Assembly: GCA_963830915.1 (NCBI GenBank)
Contig: CAWHOE010000046.1
Span: 1 to 64,000, forward strand
Reading direction: 5' to 3'
DNA: 64,000 bases
Source of the DNA: a candidate division FCPU426 bacterium
GTDB lineage: Bacteria > Oederibacteriota > Muellerivitia > Muellerivitales > Muellerivitaceae
Of the stretch, positions 47,756 through 58,258 are shown in pieces. Within the stretch, counting starts at the first letter, position 1. Each line of letters starts with the position of its first letter. Both the position numbers and the translations under genes were made by a program. The notes below the pieces were generated by a model that saw only the letters and a list, made by a program, of their open reading frames with translations, did not search any database and was not told the DNA's origin.

Positions 47756-49099
47756 CTAAAACAAAAATGGTATCACTGTCGGTTGGGCGGCCGGCTTGGC
47801 TGCGGTCGAGTCCCTGACCGGAGGGTCGCTCTTCAGTTCCTCCGACAACTGGGACACGGCCTCCTGGGCGCTGATGGAACCTTCCCACAACTTATCGAAC
47901 AAAGGCGTCGCCATGGAATTGCGTATCTCCCTCCAGTTGGAAGCCCTGGGCTCGTCGATCCCGGCCAAAGCGGCCTTGAGGAGCATTTTTTTGTTCAGGG
48001 GCGGTTTTCCATCCAAGAAGGCGGGTGATTCGGCGATAGCTTTCAGGGCCGGCTGGGACAATCCCAGTTGGGCGAATTGTTTGGCGCCCTCTGGGCCCGC
48101 GATATATTCCAACAATTCCCAGGCTTCCTTTTTATGCGCGGAGGACTTCAAAATTCCATAACCCGAACCGCCGGTTTGGTACTGACAAACGCCTTTGGGA
48201 CCCTTGGGAACCATGACCACATCCCATTTGAAATTCTTGATATCCCTGAATTGGGGCGTCTTCCAGATGCCCGATAGGAACATGGCCGCCTGGCCGTTTT
48301 GGAACAAGTCCGACCCGCCCAAACCTCCCATGGCCGCCAGATTCTCCGGGCCGGGCGCGACTTTGTCCTTCAAGACCATGTCCATCCGGAATTGCAGTCC
48401 CTTGATGAAACCGGGGCTATTGAAGAGATATTTGGACGGGAACAACTCGTCATCCACCCATCGGCCTCCCGCCGAATAGACCCAAGGCTCGATGATGGTC
48501 CAATCATCCACGAAACCCCATCGCTGGGTGTTGCCCTTGGCGTCCCTTTTGGTCACGGCCCTAGCGGTCGCCAGGAACTGGCTCCAATCCCATGAATCCT
48601 TCGGATAGGCCACCTTGGCCTCGTCAAAAGCCTTTTGGTTGTAATAGATCACGCAAACCGGCGCCAGGTCCCGGGGGATGGCCACCAGATGGCCGTCCAT
48701 GGTGAAGCGTTTGATGAGGCAAGGATAGAAATCCTTGGGTTGGAAAAGTTTCGAGGTCTTCACATAGTCATCCAGGTTTTCCAACACACCCCGGGGATAA
48801 AGCTCGGCCACATTATCAGTGGAGATGAAGACCACATCGGGCGCCATGTTGCCTGCCGATTGGGTGAGGAACTTGGTCATGTATTCCTGGAAAGGGACCC
48901 TTTCCAATTCCACCACGATATTGGGATGGGTCTTCTGGAACTCGATGATGAGGTTGGTCAGGATTTGGTTTTCCTTAACGTCACCCCAAGAGGAAAGCTT
49001 TAGATAGGTTTTGGTCGGGTCGAGGGGCGGTTTTGAACAGCCCAAGAACAAAAAGCCGACGATCAACAAGACCAAGCTAGTTTTGAACGAATCTTTCAT
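47756..49099 (-). CDS. Sugar ABC transporter substrate-binding lipoprotein
   Basis: Lipobox FLGC; FQKTHPNIVV, APDV, YYNQKAFDEAKVAYP, LFQNGQAAM, EAWELL. Confidence 0.9.
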   Translation of the reverse strand: MKDSFKTSLVLLIVGFLFLGCSKPPLDPTKTYLKLSSWGDVKENQILTNLIIEFQKTHPNIVVELERVPFQEYMTKFLTQSAGNMAPDVVFISTDNVAELYPRGVLENLDDYVKTSKLFQPKDFYPCLIKRFTMDGHLVAIPRDLAPVCVIYYNQKAFDEAKVAYPKDSWDWSQFLATARAVTKRDAKGNTQRWGFVDDWTIIEPWVYSAGGRWVDDELFPSKYLFNSPGFIKGLQFRMDMVLKDKVAPGPENLAAMGGLGGSDLFQNGQAAMFLSGIWKTPQFRDIKNFKWDVVMVPKGPKGVCQYQTGGSGYGILKSSAHKKEAWELLEYIAGPEGAKQFAQLGLSQPALKAIAESPAFLDGKPPLNKKMLLKAALAGIDEPRASNWREIRNSMATPLFDKLWEGSISAQEAVSQLSEELKSDPPVRDSTAAKPAAQPTVIPFLF

Positions 49100-50127
49100 G
49101 GTTTTCTTTTAACTCCGTTCGGTCCCAGATTTTTTCTATAGGTATGCCCTGCCAATTTCCAAACCTTGTCCGGATCGTCAGGTGAGATCAAGGATACATG
49201 CTTGCAGGCCTCGAATCCCCAGACCGCCACCCAATCCGCCCCGCCGTCCACGCAGCCCTGGATACTGTCCGCCACATCCTCCTCGTAACCCTTGGGTATC
49301 TTGAACCCCTTGACCCACATCAGTAAGGGTTTCTTGTACTTCCGGCTCCATTCCTTCATCTGTTCGGTATGTTCCTCCGCGAAACTCCGGACATCCTTCG
49401 GCCTTTGCCCTGGTTCGTACTCGAAATAGGTCTCCCCGCCCATCATCTGGACGGTCGGCTCCTTGCACATGGATTCCAGGAACCATTTTTTCTCACCGGG
49501 AAGGAATGTCATGGCGTTCTTGGTCTTTCGGGAGGCGGCATAGCGAGTGAGGGTCAAAAGGAACTTTTGGATACAGCGTCGTTTGAATTCCTTCACTTCC
49601 TCGGTCTGGACCTTGGGCAGATCTTTCCCGGTCTCTTTCTTGAATTTCGCCTTACAAATTCCGCAAAGACAGGACCAGGCTTTGGAACCTTTGGCCCAAC
49701 CGCCCAGGGTATCCAACCAATTCAAGTAGAAATGGGGCTCATCCCAGAGGATATAGTCAGGTTTGAAGGATGCGGCGACGTCGACCCATTTTTTCAAGTA
49801 TCTCATCAAAGCCGGGGAGTTGACGCATAGGGCCGGGGCTTGCTTGCCGTCGCTTCGGACTTGCCTTTCCTCGGGATGCCACATGGGCAGGTGGGTCATG
49901 GCTTCCCCGCCGAAGACCCCGCCAATCATCCAGGGGTCGATCAAGACGGTTAACCCCTGCTTTTTCGCCGCGGCCACCATCTTCCGGAAGGTTTCCACGT
50001 GGTAGAGAAGGCTGTTCTCGGAAAAGGTGAGCACGATGAAGGAACAACCTGTCTTGCGGACTTCCTTCATGTCGGTCACAAAATGCTTCAGGATGATGTT
50101 GTCGAAATAGGCCGTTCCGAATTTCAT
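49096..50127 (-). CDS. Cytoplasmic TIM-barrel putative glycoside hydrolase (GH42-like features)
   Basis: GTAYF, LCVNSP, ILWDEPH, CLCGICKAKF (Cys cluster as in GH42); no signal peptide; ATGA overlap with the binding-protein gene. Confidence 0.55.
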   Translation of the reverse strand: MKFGTAYFDNIILKHFVTDMKEVRKTGCSFIVLTFSENSLLYHVETFRKMVAAAKKQGLTVLIDPWMIGGVFGGEAMTHLPMWHPEERQVRSDGKQAPALCVNSPALMRYLKKWVDVAASFKPDYILWDEPHFYLNWLDTLGGWAKGSKAWSCLCGICKAKFKKETGKDLPKVQTEEVKEFKRRCIQKFLLTLTRYAASRKTKNAMTFLPGEKKWFLESMCKEPTVQMMGGETYFEYEPGQRPKDVRSFAEEHTEQMKEWSRKYKKPLLMWVKGFKIPKGYEEDVADSIQGCVDGGADWVAVWGFEACKHVSLISPDDPDKVWKLAGHTYRKNLGPNGVKRKP

Positions 50128-50152
50128 TCAAAATCCTTTTAACTTATTTTTC

Positions 50153-50228
50153 ACCACAGAGACACAGAGTCACAGCAAGTATTTTTTTAACTTACTACCA
50201 ATAGCCTTAATCTCTGTGCCTCTGTGGT
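50153..50228. repeat. (CACAGAG)-type inverted-repeat element, copy D
   Basis: Left ACCACAGAGACACAGAGTCACAG; right CTCTGTGCCTCTGTGGT. Confidence 0.75.
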
Positions 50229-50234
50229 AAATTT

Positions 50235-51311
50235 TTATTTCGTTTGAGTCACTTTCTTCAAATGGGGGGGCTGGTCTGGATTCAGACCCTTGACCGACGC
50301 CACCGCCAGGGCCAGGGTTTGGATCAAGGGCGCCATCGCCATGGGGTTGGTCTCCTCCGGTCCCCCGGGGGTGCGGATGGGAATGGACGCTTTCTTTAAT
50401 ATGCTCGCCACAGGACTGAACACCATCACCTGGGCGTAGCGGGGCTTGAGCTCGTCCAGCAATTCCACGCTGCCCTTCAGGGTCGGTCCTGGGGGCGCCA
50501 AGAGGATCACCAGGAAATCCCGATTGACCAAGGTCTTGGGGCCATGGTGAAAATCGGCGGTGGAATAGGCGTGGGCCATGACCTGGGCGCATTCCTTGAG
50601 TTTCAAGGCCGTCTCCTGGGCCAACCCATAATGGAAACCCCGGCCCAGCACCACGCAGGTGGAGAGGTGAAGAAACCTATAGGACGCGGTCCAGACATTC
50701 TTGGAAAGTTTGCAGCCTTCCGCGACCAGCTTGGGAAGCGTGGCCAAGGCGGCCTTGGCTTTGGACCCTTTGGAGACCATCTGGACCAGGGCGTACAGCG
50801 CGGCCAGCTCGGTGGTGTAGGTCTTGGTGGCGGCGACGCTCTTTTCCTTGCCGGCGCTTAAAGCGATAGCGTATTCGGAGCCTTTGGCCAGGCGGGAGGC
50901 TGGGTTATTGGTGAACCCAATGGTCAAGGCCCCCTGGTCCCTGGCTGTTTGGATGACCTGGCAAACGTCAGGCCCCTCGCCCGATTGGGAAATGCCGATG
51001 ACCAGGCAGTCCTGGTAACTCACCTCCCCCCCATAGAGGGTCATAACCGAAGGCGCCGCCAGTGAGACAGGCAAACCCCACTCTTTCTCGATCAGGTAGC
51101 GGGCGTAAGTGCCGGCGTTGTCCGAGGTACCCCGGGCGGTCAGGACCACGAACCGGGGACGGCGGTGAAGGACCGCCTCGGCGGCGCTGGCCAGGGCTCC
51201 CCCCTGGGACAAGAGGAGTTTCTTGACGGCTTCGGGACTTTCCAGGATCTCTTTTTCCATGAAGGTTTGGGTGGTCAGCAAGGGCGGTCCTTTCACTTCG
51301 AATGTTGGCAT
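50235..51311 (-). CDS. Double-SIS glucosamine-6-phosphate deaminase/isomerase (GlmS isomerase-like, NagB-II type)
   Basis: MEKEILE, ARGTSDNA, ISQSGE, VAATKTY, ETALKLKE, HGP, LNPDQPPHLKKVT; no glutaminase domain. Confidence 0.88.
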   Translation of the reverse strand: MPTFEVKGPPLLTTQTFMEKEILESPEAVKKLLLSQGGALASAAEAVLHRRPRFVVLTARGTSDNAGTYARYLIEKEWGLPVSLAAPSVMTLYGGEVSYQDCLVIGISQSGEGPDVCQVIQTARDQGALTIGFTNNPASRLAKGSEYAIALSAGKEKSVAATKTYTTELAALYALVQMVSKGSKAKAALATLPKLVAEGCKLSKNVWTASYRFLHLSTCVVLGRGFHYGLAQETALKLKECAQVMAHAYSTADFHHGPKTLVNRDFLVILLAPPGPTLKGSVELLDELKPRYAQVMVFSPVASILKKASIPIRTPGGPEETNPMAMAPLIQTLALAVASVKGLNPDQPPHLKKVTQTK

Positions 51312-51365
51312 CCTACCCAAAGATAAAATGATGTGTTATCACTATTTTGCTATTTTAATATCTTT

Positions 51366-53174
51366 TTATTGTCTTTGCTTGGCTTGTTTTTGACGATAGG
51401 CGGACGGCGGGAGTCCGAAAGCTTTCTTGAAACGATGGATGAAATAACTGGGAAGGGCGAACCCGGCCTGTTCCCCGACCTGGGCGACAGGAAGGGTAGT
51501 GCTTTCCAACAGTTTCCTGGCCTGGTCCAAACGCTTTTGGTTCAAATAGTCCGCGTAGCCCATCCCGAAGGCCCGGTGGAACTGACGGCTAAAATGGGAA
51601 AGGGAGAATCCCGTTCGACGGGCCATCTCCCCCATGGAGAGGGTTTCATGGAAGTTGACGTCGATATACCGCTTGGCCTGTTCCATCCGGTATGCCTTCT
51701 CCCCCCTGACCGGGGCTTTGAACAATCCCAGGAAAAAGAACAGGTGGGTCTGGAAAAGCCCCATGAACTCCCCTACCGTGCCGGCGTTCTCGTACTTCCC
51801 CGCCAGATCACCGGAAAGCTCCTCCAGTTGACGGGGTTCCAGTAACCCTCGTTCCTTGACCCTTTCCAGCAATTGGAAAAGGAGGTTCAAAAAGTGCGCC
51901 CTTAGGACCTCCCGTTTTTGACCCGAATGGCGCAGGACCTCTTTCACGAATTGTTCCCGGGCCAATTTGACCTCTTTCTCCACACCCCGTTGCGCGGCCT
52001 TGGTCAGGTTCTGGGCCCAAAAGGCCGGGGTCAATCCGCCTTTACTTCCCGCGAACTGGTCCTGATAGAAAACTTGGGAGGCTTTTTGATGGACACCCAG
52101 ATGGAGCGCCATCACCGCCTGTTGGAACCCCTCGGGCAGGTCCTTCCAGGGAAGCCCTACATGGCTGACGCCAAATGCGAATGATCGCTTCAGTTCCTTT
52201 CGAAGCCGTTTTTCAAGGGTGAGACACAGGTCCCTGACTTGGAGCTTGGCCTGGGCGGATGATCGGCTCGGATCAGGGGACGTGAGGAATACCAACCCAT
52301 CCACCCCCATCCTCCCGCAGATCGTCTCTGGTATTTCCCGAACGATGTCGAATGCGGCCCATTGAGCCTTCACCGTTTCCACGAGATTATCGATCTCACC
52401 CAACCCTTCCCCGTCGGAAAGAACGGCGGCCAAGACCGTGTTGGGATGACGGGAGAGGCGGAATTCCTTCCGGTCCCAGGGCGCCAACTCTTGCCCCTGC
52501 CAGAAGCCCCACAATAAACGGTCGGCCTTGATGTCCACGTACCGCCACATCCGATTGGGAAGGAAAGACGCGAACACCTCATCCCTCAACCTCTCCACCT
52601 CTAGTGAAAGTCCATCCCCCTCGCCCATCAAAATCCGGCCCGCCAAATGGAGCAGATGTTCCAGGGCATCCAGGGGCTCCCGCGTCAGTAAGGGAGCCTT
52701 CAGCACTGTCTTGGCGTATTCCAAGAACGCCGGGTCGGTGGGTTGGGGCTGACGACCCACGAGTGAGATGAATGAGCGGGTCAAACCATCACGGGTAGGA
52801 AGGTCCCTGGTAAAGGACCCCGTCACCAGGCAAGCTTGGACCTTTCCCTTTTGAAGAACCGGAACGAAGAGGTCATAAAGACCTTCCCGCAAACCCAGAA
52901 CAGATTTCTGGGTTTCGAAAGCCTGTTTTAAACACCTGCGGTTATAGCGGCCCCTTTCCTCTTTCTTTCCATAATAGACCTCAAAATGGTAGGGATGGGC
53001 TTCCGGGGAGGGTGAAACGAGCGTGTACCAGAGGGAGAAGTCCTTAGGGATGACGACATAACAAGGCAGTGAAAGATAATCGGTAAAAAGGTTCGTCAAG
53101 GCCGACTGGGATAGGAACTTGGCCATCCAACCACTGGGGGGATTCTTGATTTTTCCGGTATAGGGCGGGGCCAT
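51366..53174 (-). CDS. PocR-like sensor/AraC regulator (intact)
   Basis: EGLYDLFVPV...LVTGSF sensor-like region; central domain; C-terminal AKRYIDVNF...LSHFSRQF...RLDQARKLL...GFALPSYFIHRFKKAFGLPPSAYR. Confidence 0.9.
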   Translation of the reverse strand: MAPPYTGKIKNPPSGWMAKFLSQSALTNLFTDYLSLPCYVVIPKDFSLWYTLVSPSPEAHPYHFEVYYGKKEERGRYNRRCLKQAFETQKSVLGLREGLYDLFVPVLQKGKVQACLVTGSFTRDLPTRDGLTRSFISLVGRQPQPTDPAFLEYAKTVLKAPLLTREPLDALEHLLHLAGRILMGEGDGLSLEVERLRDEVFASFLPNRMWRYVDIKADRLLWGFWQGQELAPWDRKEFRLSRHPNTVLAAVLSDGEGLGEIDNLVETVKAQWAAFDIVREIPETICGRMGVDGLVFLTSPDPSRSSAQAKLQVRDLCLTLEKRLRKELKRSFAFGVSHVGLPWKDLPEGFQQAVMALHLGVHQKASQVFYQDQFAGSKGGLTPAFWAQNLTKAAQRGVEKEVKLAREQFVKEVLRHSGQKREVLRAHFLNLLFQLLERVKERGLLEPRQLEELSGDLAGKYENAGTVGEFMGLFQTHLFFFLGLFKAPVRGEKAYRMEQAKRYIDVNFHETLSMGEMARRTGFSLSHFSRQFHRAFGMGYADYLNQKRLDQARKLLESTTLPVAQVGEQAGFALPSYFIHRFKKAFGLPPSAYRQKQAKQRQ

Positions 53175-53229
53175 GGCACCTTCTCCAAAGGGATTCGATG
53201 AAGGCTATTTTACAGGCCCAACCGCTTCT

Positions 53230-54300
53230 TTATTTGTTTTTCGCCCGATCGTATTGCTTGGGCCAGGGCATTTCCTGTTTCAACTCCCTGGCGGCGCGCA
53301 AAGCGAAATAAGGATCCCTCAACATTTCCCGGGCCATCAGGACAATGTCTGCCTGCCCTGACCTGACGATATGGTCGGCCTGGGTGGAATGGGTGATGAC
53401 CCCCACCGCGCCGGTCAGGATGCCCGATTCCCGTTTGACCCTCTCGGCCAGGGCGGTCTGATAGCCCGGCCCAATGGGGATGGTGATACCGGGGATATTC
53501 CCGCCGGAAGAGCAATCGATCAGGTCCACACCCAGTCCTTTCAACTCGCCCGCCAGGGTCACGGACTGGCCAATGGTCCATCCTTCCGGTTCCACCCAAT
53601 CGGTCACGGACAAACGCACGAAGAGAGGTTTTTGCTCTGGCCAAACCTGCCGGACGGCCTTGACGATGTCCTTCAAAAGCCTGGTCCGGTTCTCGAAGGA
53701 ACCGCCGTATTCATCCTTACGGTGGTTGCTGACGGGGGAAAGGAACTCGTGGACCAGATAACCATGGGCCCCATGGATCTCGATGATATCCATGCCAGCG
53801 TTCAGGGACCTGGCCGCCGCCTCCTTGAACTTGTTCACGATCTTTTGGATGCCCTCGATGGTCAATTCGGCCGGCAGGGGCGAGCGTTCGTCGAAGGGGA
53901 TCTCACTGGGCGCTGAGGGTGTCCATCCCCCTTCCGCTTTGTTAAGGCCCTTATTCCCTTTCCAAGGCGAGCTGTTGCTGGCCTTTCTCCCGGCGTGGGC
54001 CAACTGGATGCCCGGCACCGAGCCCTGGGACTTGATGAACTTGGTGATGTTCAACAACTTGTCGATATGGTCGTCTTTCCAAAGTCCCAGGTCATCGGGA
54101 GTGATGCGGCCTTCCGGTTCCACCGCCGTGGCCTCGGTCAGGACCAATCCCGCCCCGCCCACCGCACGGCTACCCAGATGGACCATGTGCCAATCGTTGG
54201 CGAACCCATCCTCGCTGGAATACTCGCACATGGGGGAAACGGCGATACGGTTGCGTAAAGTAACGCTTCTAAGGGTGAGAGGTTCGAACAAATGGGGCAT
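53230..54300 (-). CDS. NADH:flavin oxidoreductase / Old Yellow Enzyme (YqjM/NamA-like)
   Basis: LRNRIAVSPMCEYS, QLAHAGRKAS, EIHGAHGYLVHEFLSP, YGGSFENR. Confidence 0.93.
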   Translation of the reverse strand: MPHLFEPLTLRSVTLRNRIAVSPMCEYSSEDGFANDWHMVHLGSRAVGGAGLVLTEATAVEPEGRITPDDLGLWKDDHIDKLLNITKFIKSQGSVPGIQLAHAGRKASNSSPWKGNKGLNKAEGGWTPSAPSEIPFDERSPLPAELTIEGIQKIVNKFKEAAARSLNAGMDIIEIHGAHGYLVHEFLSPVSNHRKDEYGGSFENRTRLLKDIVKAVRQVWPEQKPLFVRLSVTDWVEPEGWTIGQSVTLAGELKGLGVDLIDCSSGGNIPGITIPIGPGYQTALAERVKRESGILTGAVGVITHSTQADHIVRSGQADIVLMAREMLRDPYFALRAARELKQEMPWPKQYDRAKNK

Positions 54301-54570
54301 GGACGCGACTCCCAGGGAAATGATGAACAACCTGCATCAAGATAAGGGGGCTTAGGTGGCTTTTCAAGTTCCGTCATCAAGACTTAACATCCGTTTTTCA
54401 AGGCAATCCAATGTCGGCGTCTTCTATATAGCGACCACTTCCAAAAATAAAAAAATTCCCGAGGTAGCCATCATGACAAGGGTCTGGGAGTCCCAAAAGC
54501 ATGACAGATATCATAAATACAACCTTCCTTTTCACCCATGATATGCCCCATCCAACACAGGGAGCGCCTC

Positions 54571-57500
54571 ATGGACACTCCAAGCAAACGGGAAATACCT
54601 TACAACTACACCTCGGCCGACGACGAACAGGTCGTCCGGATACTCATGGGCGAAAAGGTCTGGGAGTCCCTGGAAAGACTTCGTGCCCGCCGGGTTACGG
54701 GCCGTTCTTCCCGCCTCCTGATGCGCTTCATCGGCGATATGTTCATCCTTCGACGTAATCCCTTCCTATATCAAGAGATGGTGGATTCGATGGAATCGCG
54801 TCGTCAGTTCCTGAAGATCTACCAGTCCGACCTGGAAGCCCTCCATAAAAGCACTGGCGGCGACCAGGACATCATCTGGGTCCTCCAACAATGTCAGGAT
54901 TATCTGGACCGTCTAAAAGCAGAAATGGCCTCGGTCAAGGGCCTGCGTGCCCGTATCCGCCGGGTCCTAGGTTCCATCATCGGGGAAGAGAACGTCCTTT
55001 TCGACCCCTTCGCCCTCATCAGTCACGTGACCGATGCCACCGACTGGCGGCTTTATATGCCAGCCGCCGTGGTCTTTCCGGGCGAGGAATCCCAGATGCC
55101 AGCCCTCTTGGTGGCCATCGAGAAGCTGGGTTTGAAAGCCATTCCCCGCGGGGCCGGAACGGGCCTGACCGGGGGCGCCGTCCCGGTCGCCGGCGACTGC
55201 GTCATGATCAATTTGGAAAAATTGGACAAGATCCGGGGGTTTTCTGAAAGGCATTTCGACCTACCGGATGGGAACACCCAAACCGCCAAGATATTGGAGG
55301 TGGAAGCCGGGGTCGTGACCGATGACGCCATCCATGCCGCTAAAAAGATAGGCTGGGTCTTTGCCACCGACCCCACCAGCGCTTGGGCCAGTACCATCGG
55401 GGGCAACCTGGCCGAGAACGCCGGGGGTAAGACGGCCGTACTCTGGGGCACCGCCATCGACAATGTCCTTTCCTTCAAAATGGCCTTGCCGGGCGGGAAA
55501 ACCGTGATTGTCAAACGCAAGAAACATCCCCTGCGCAAGATCCTGCACTCGGACAAGGTCACATTCCTGGTCCGGGACGGGGTAACCAACGAGATCCTCA
55601 ACACCATCGAGTTGGCGGGACTGGATATCCGCAAAAAGGACGTCTGGAAGGACATCACCAACAAGGCGCTCGGCGGGGTGCCGGGACTGCAAAAGGAAGG
55701 CACCGACGGGGTCATCACCTCTGCCCGTTTCGTCCTCTATCCCGCTTATGAATATATGCGTACCGGATGCCTGGAGTTTTTCGGTGAGAATATGGACGAG
55801 GCCGGCAAGGTCATCCTGAACCTTTCACGTGATTTCGAGAACAAGGGCCGGGAAACTCTCATGGCCCTGGAGCATTTTGACGAGGAATATGTCCGTGCCA
55901 TCGACTACAAGGTCAAGGCTGGAAGGGGTGACCGGCCCAAAGCCGTCCTTCTGATAGATTTGGTGGCCCATGACCAGGCCGACCTGGCCCTGGGCGAGAA
56001 ACGCCTGAAGGACCTGGTGGAGCGCTACCCTAACACCGAACTGTTCATGGCCAGGGACAACCAGGAAGGGGTGAAGTTCTGGGCGGACCGCAAGCGCCTG
56101 GGCGCCATTTCCAAACACACGAACGCGTTCAAACTCAACGAGGATATCGTCCTTCCCTTGAAAGCCCTGGCCGGCTTTTCCACTTACATCGACCAGACCA
56201 ACGTAGCTGAGGAAAAATACAACCAAGTCAGTTTCGTAGAGGCGGTCCGGGCCTTTTTGAGCCAGGCCCAGGAAGCCGAGGACGCCGATTGGCTGGCCGC
56301 CAAGGGACCGGCTGCCGAGAAACTATGCAAAAAAGCCCTGAAAGAGATCGAATCCTCGGAAAAAAAACCCCTGAGGGAAGGCAAACCCGCCCTGGCCTTG
56401 AGGGACGACCTGCTTGTGCTGTTCAACGGTTACGCCGCCGTTTGCCAGGCCATCGAGAAACTCCATAAAACGACCCGTTCCCGTGTGATCGTCATCGCCA
56501 CCCATATGCACGCCGGGGACGGCAACGTGCACGTGAACATCCCAGTCTTTTCCAATGACCACGAGATGCTTCGCCGAGCCTTCGACACAGCCGACACGGT
56601 CATGCGCCATGTGGTGGAACTGGGCGGCGTGGTCAGCGGAGAACACGGCATCGGCGTCACCAAACTCAAGCATCTTGAGAAGGACAGATTGGCAGGCTTT
56701 GGCCGCTTACCGCCAGGTCGTGGACCCCAATGGCGTTATGAACCCCGGCAAGCTTTCGGATATGGAAGTTCCCAATCAGGTCTTCACTCCATCCTTCAAT
56801 CTATTGGAATTGGAAGCCCGGATATTACAGAACGACTCCCTTTTCGAGCTGGCAGGAAAAATCTCCAAGTGCGTGCGTTGCGGCAAATGCAAACCGGACT
56901 GCTGTGTCTTTCATCCGGGGAAGAACATGTTTTTCCATCCCCGCAATAAGAACCTGGCTATCGCCGCCATCATCGAGGCCCTACTCTACGACGCCCAGAG
57001 GTCGCGATCTATCCAATTCGAGTTCCTGAAAGAGTTGGAGGAGATCGCCGACCATTGCACCATCTGCCATAAGTGCCTGAAACCCTGCCCGGTGGATATC
57101 GACACCGGCGTCATTTCCATCTTGGAAAGACGCATCCTGGCCGCCCGAAAATACAAGCACACAGCCCTGGCCACTAAAATGTCCCTGGGCTACCTGAAGA
57201 GCCGCTCCAAGTTCTACAACGCCCTTTTCCGAAAAGTGGTCCTGGACTGGGGAATGACCGGCCAGAGGTTGGGAGCCAGGGTTATCGCCCTGATTCCCAA
57301 TGTTGAAAATTGGAAGGCGGTCTGGCCTTTCAACATGCTTCGCAATCCCATGCCCAAGGCGGCCCACGAAACCCTGCACGCCATCCTGCCCAAGGTGGAG
57401 AATTACCAAGCTTTGATCCTGGATCCCGAAGCCGAGGCGACGAAAACCGTGTTTTACTTTCCCGGTTGTGGTTCGGAACGCCTTTATTCGGACATCAGCA

Positions 57501-58192
57501 AGGCTTCCCTCTACCTGATGTTGAAGGCAGGCATCCGAGTGGTCCTGCCGCCGCCCTTCCTGTGCTGCGGCTTCCCCATCAACGTGAACGCCCAGACCGC
57601 GGATAACGACCGACGGGTGCTGAACGACACCATCATCTTTACCCAGATCAAGGAAATGATGAGGCACCTGAACTTCGACGCCTGTGTGGTTTCCTGCGGG
57701 ACATGCAAGGAAGCCCTGCACGAGATGGGGACCGAAGAGATATTCGCCGCCCCCCTGGAGGATGTCAGCCGCTTCGCCCTCTCCAACGGCCTGAAGCTTG
57801 AAGCAGGCGGGGACTACCTATACCACAAGCCATGCCACGATTCGCTAAGTGGGACTGCGCTGGACCTGCTCAAGAAAAAAGTAGGTGTCTCCATCAAGGA
57901 AGTACCGCATTGCTGTTCGGAAGCCGGTACCCTGGCTTTGAGCCGTCCTGATATCGCCTATAACATGCTGGATCGTAAGACCATCGCGGTCAAGGAAGCG
58001 TTGAAAGGCCGTGAGAAGGACGGCGTCATGCTGACCAACTGCCCCAGCTGTTTGCAGGGATTAGGACGCAACGCGAGCCTGGGAGTGAAACCCCGCCATA
58101 TCGCGGTGGAACTGGCCCATAGGGCCGGTGGGAAAACCTGGCAAAAGGAACTTAAGACCTTGCTCAAGGGCGCTGAAATCGTGAATTTCTAG
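54571..58192 (+). CDS. FAD-binding/Fe-S oxidoreductase (GlcD/GlcF-like fusion; indel near 56690)
   Basis: REIPYNYTS start; PRGAGTGLTGGAVP; STIGGN; HAGDGNVH; SGEHGIG; then DPNGVMNPGK, CVRCGKC, CTICHKCLKPCP and Cys-rich CCG domains. Removing one G joins the two ORFs. Confidence 0.88.
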
Positions 58193-58258
58193 AGACCAAC
58201 GGTAAGGTCGATTTAAATCTCTTAACACCACGTCAATCTGATTTGACGCGTTCAACTT

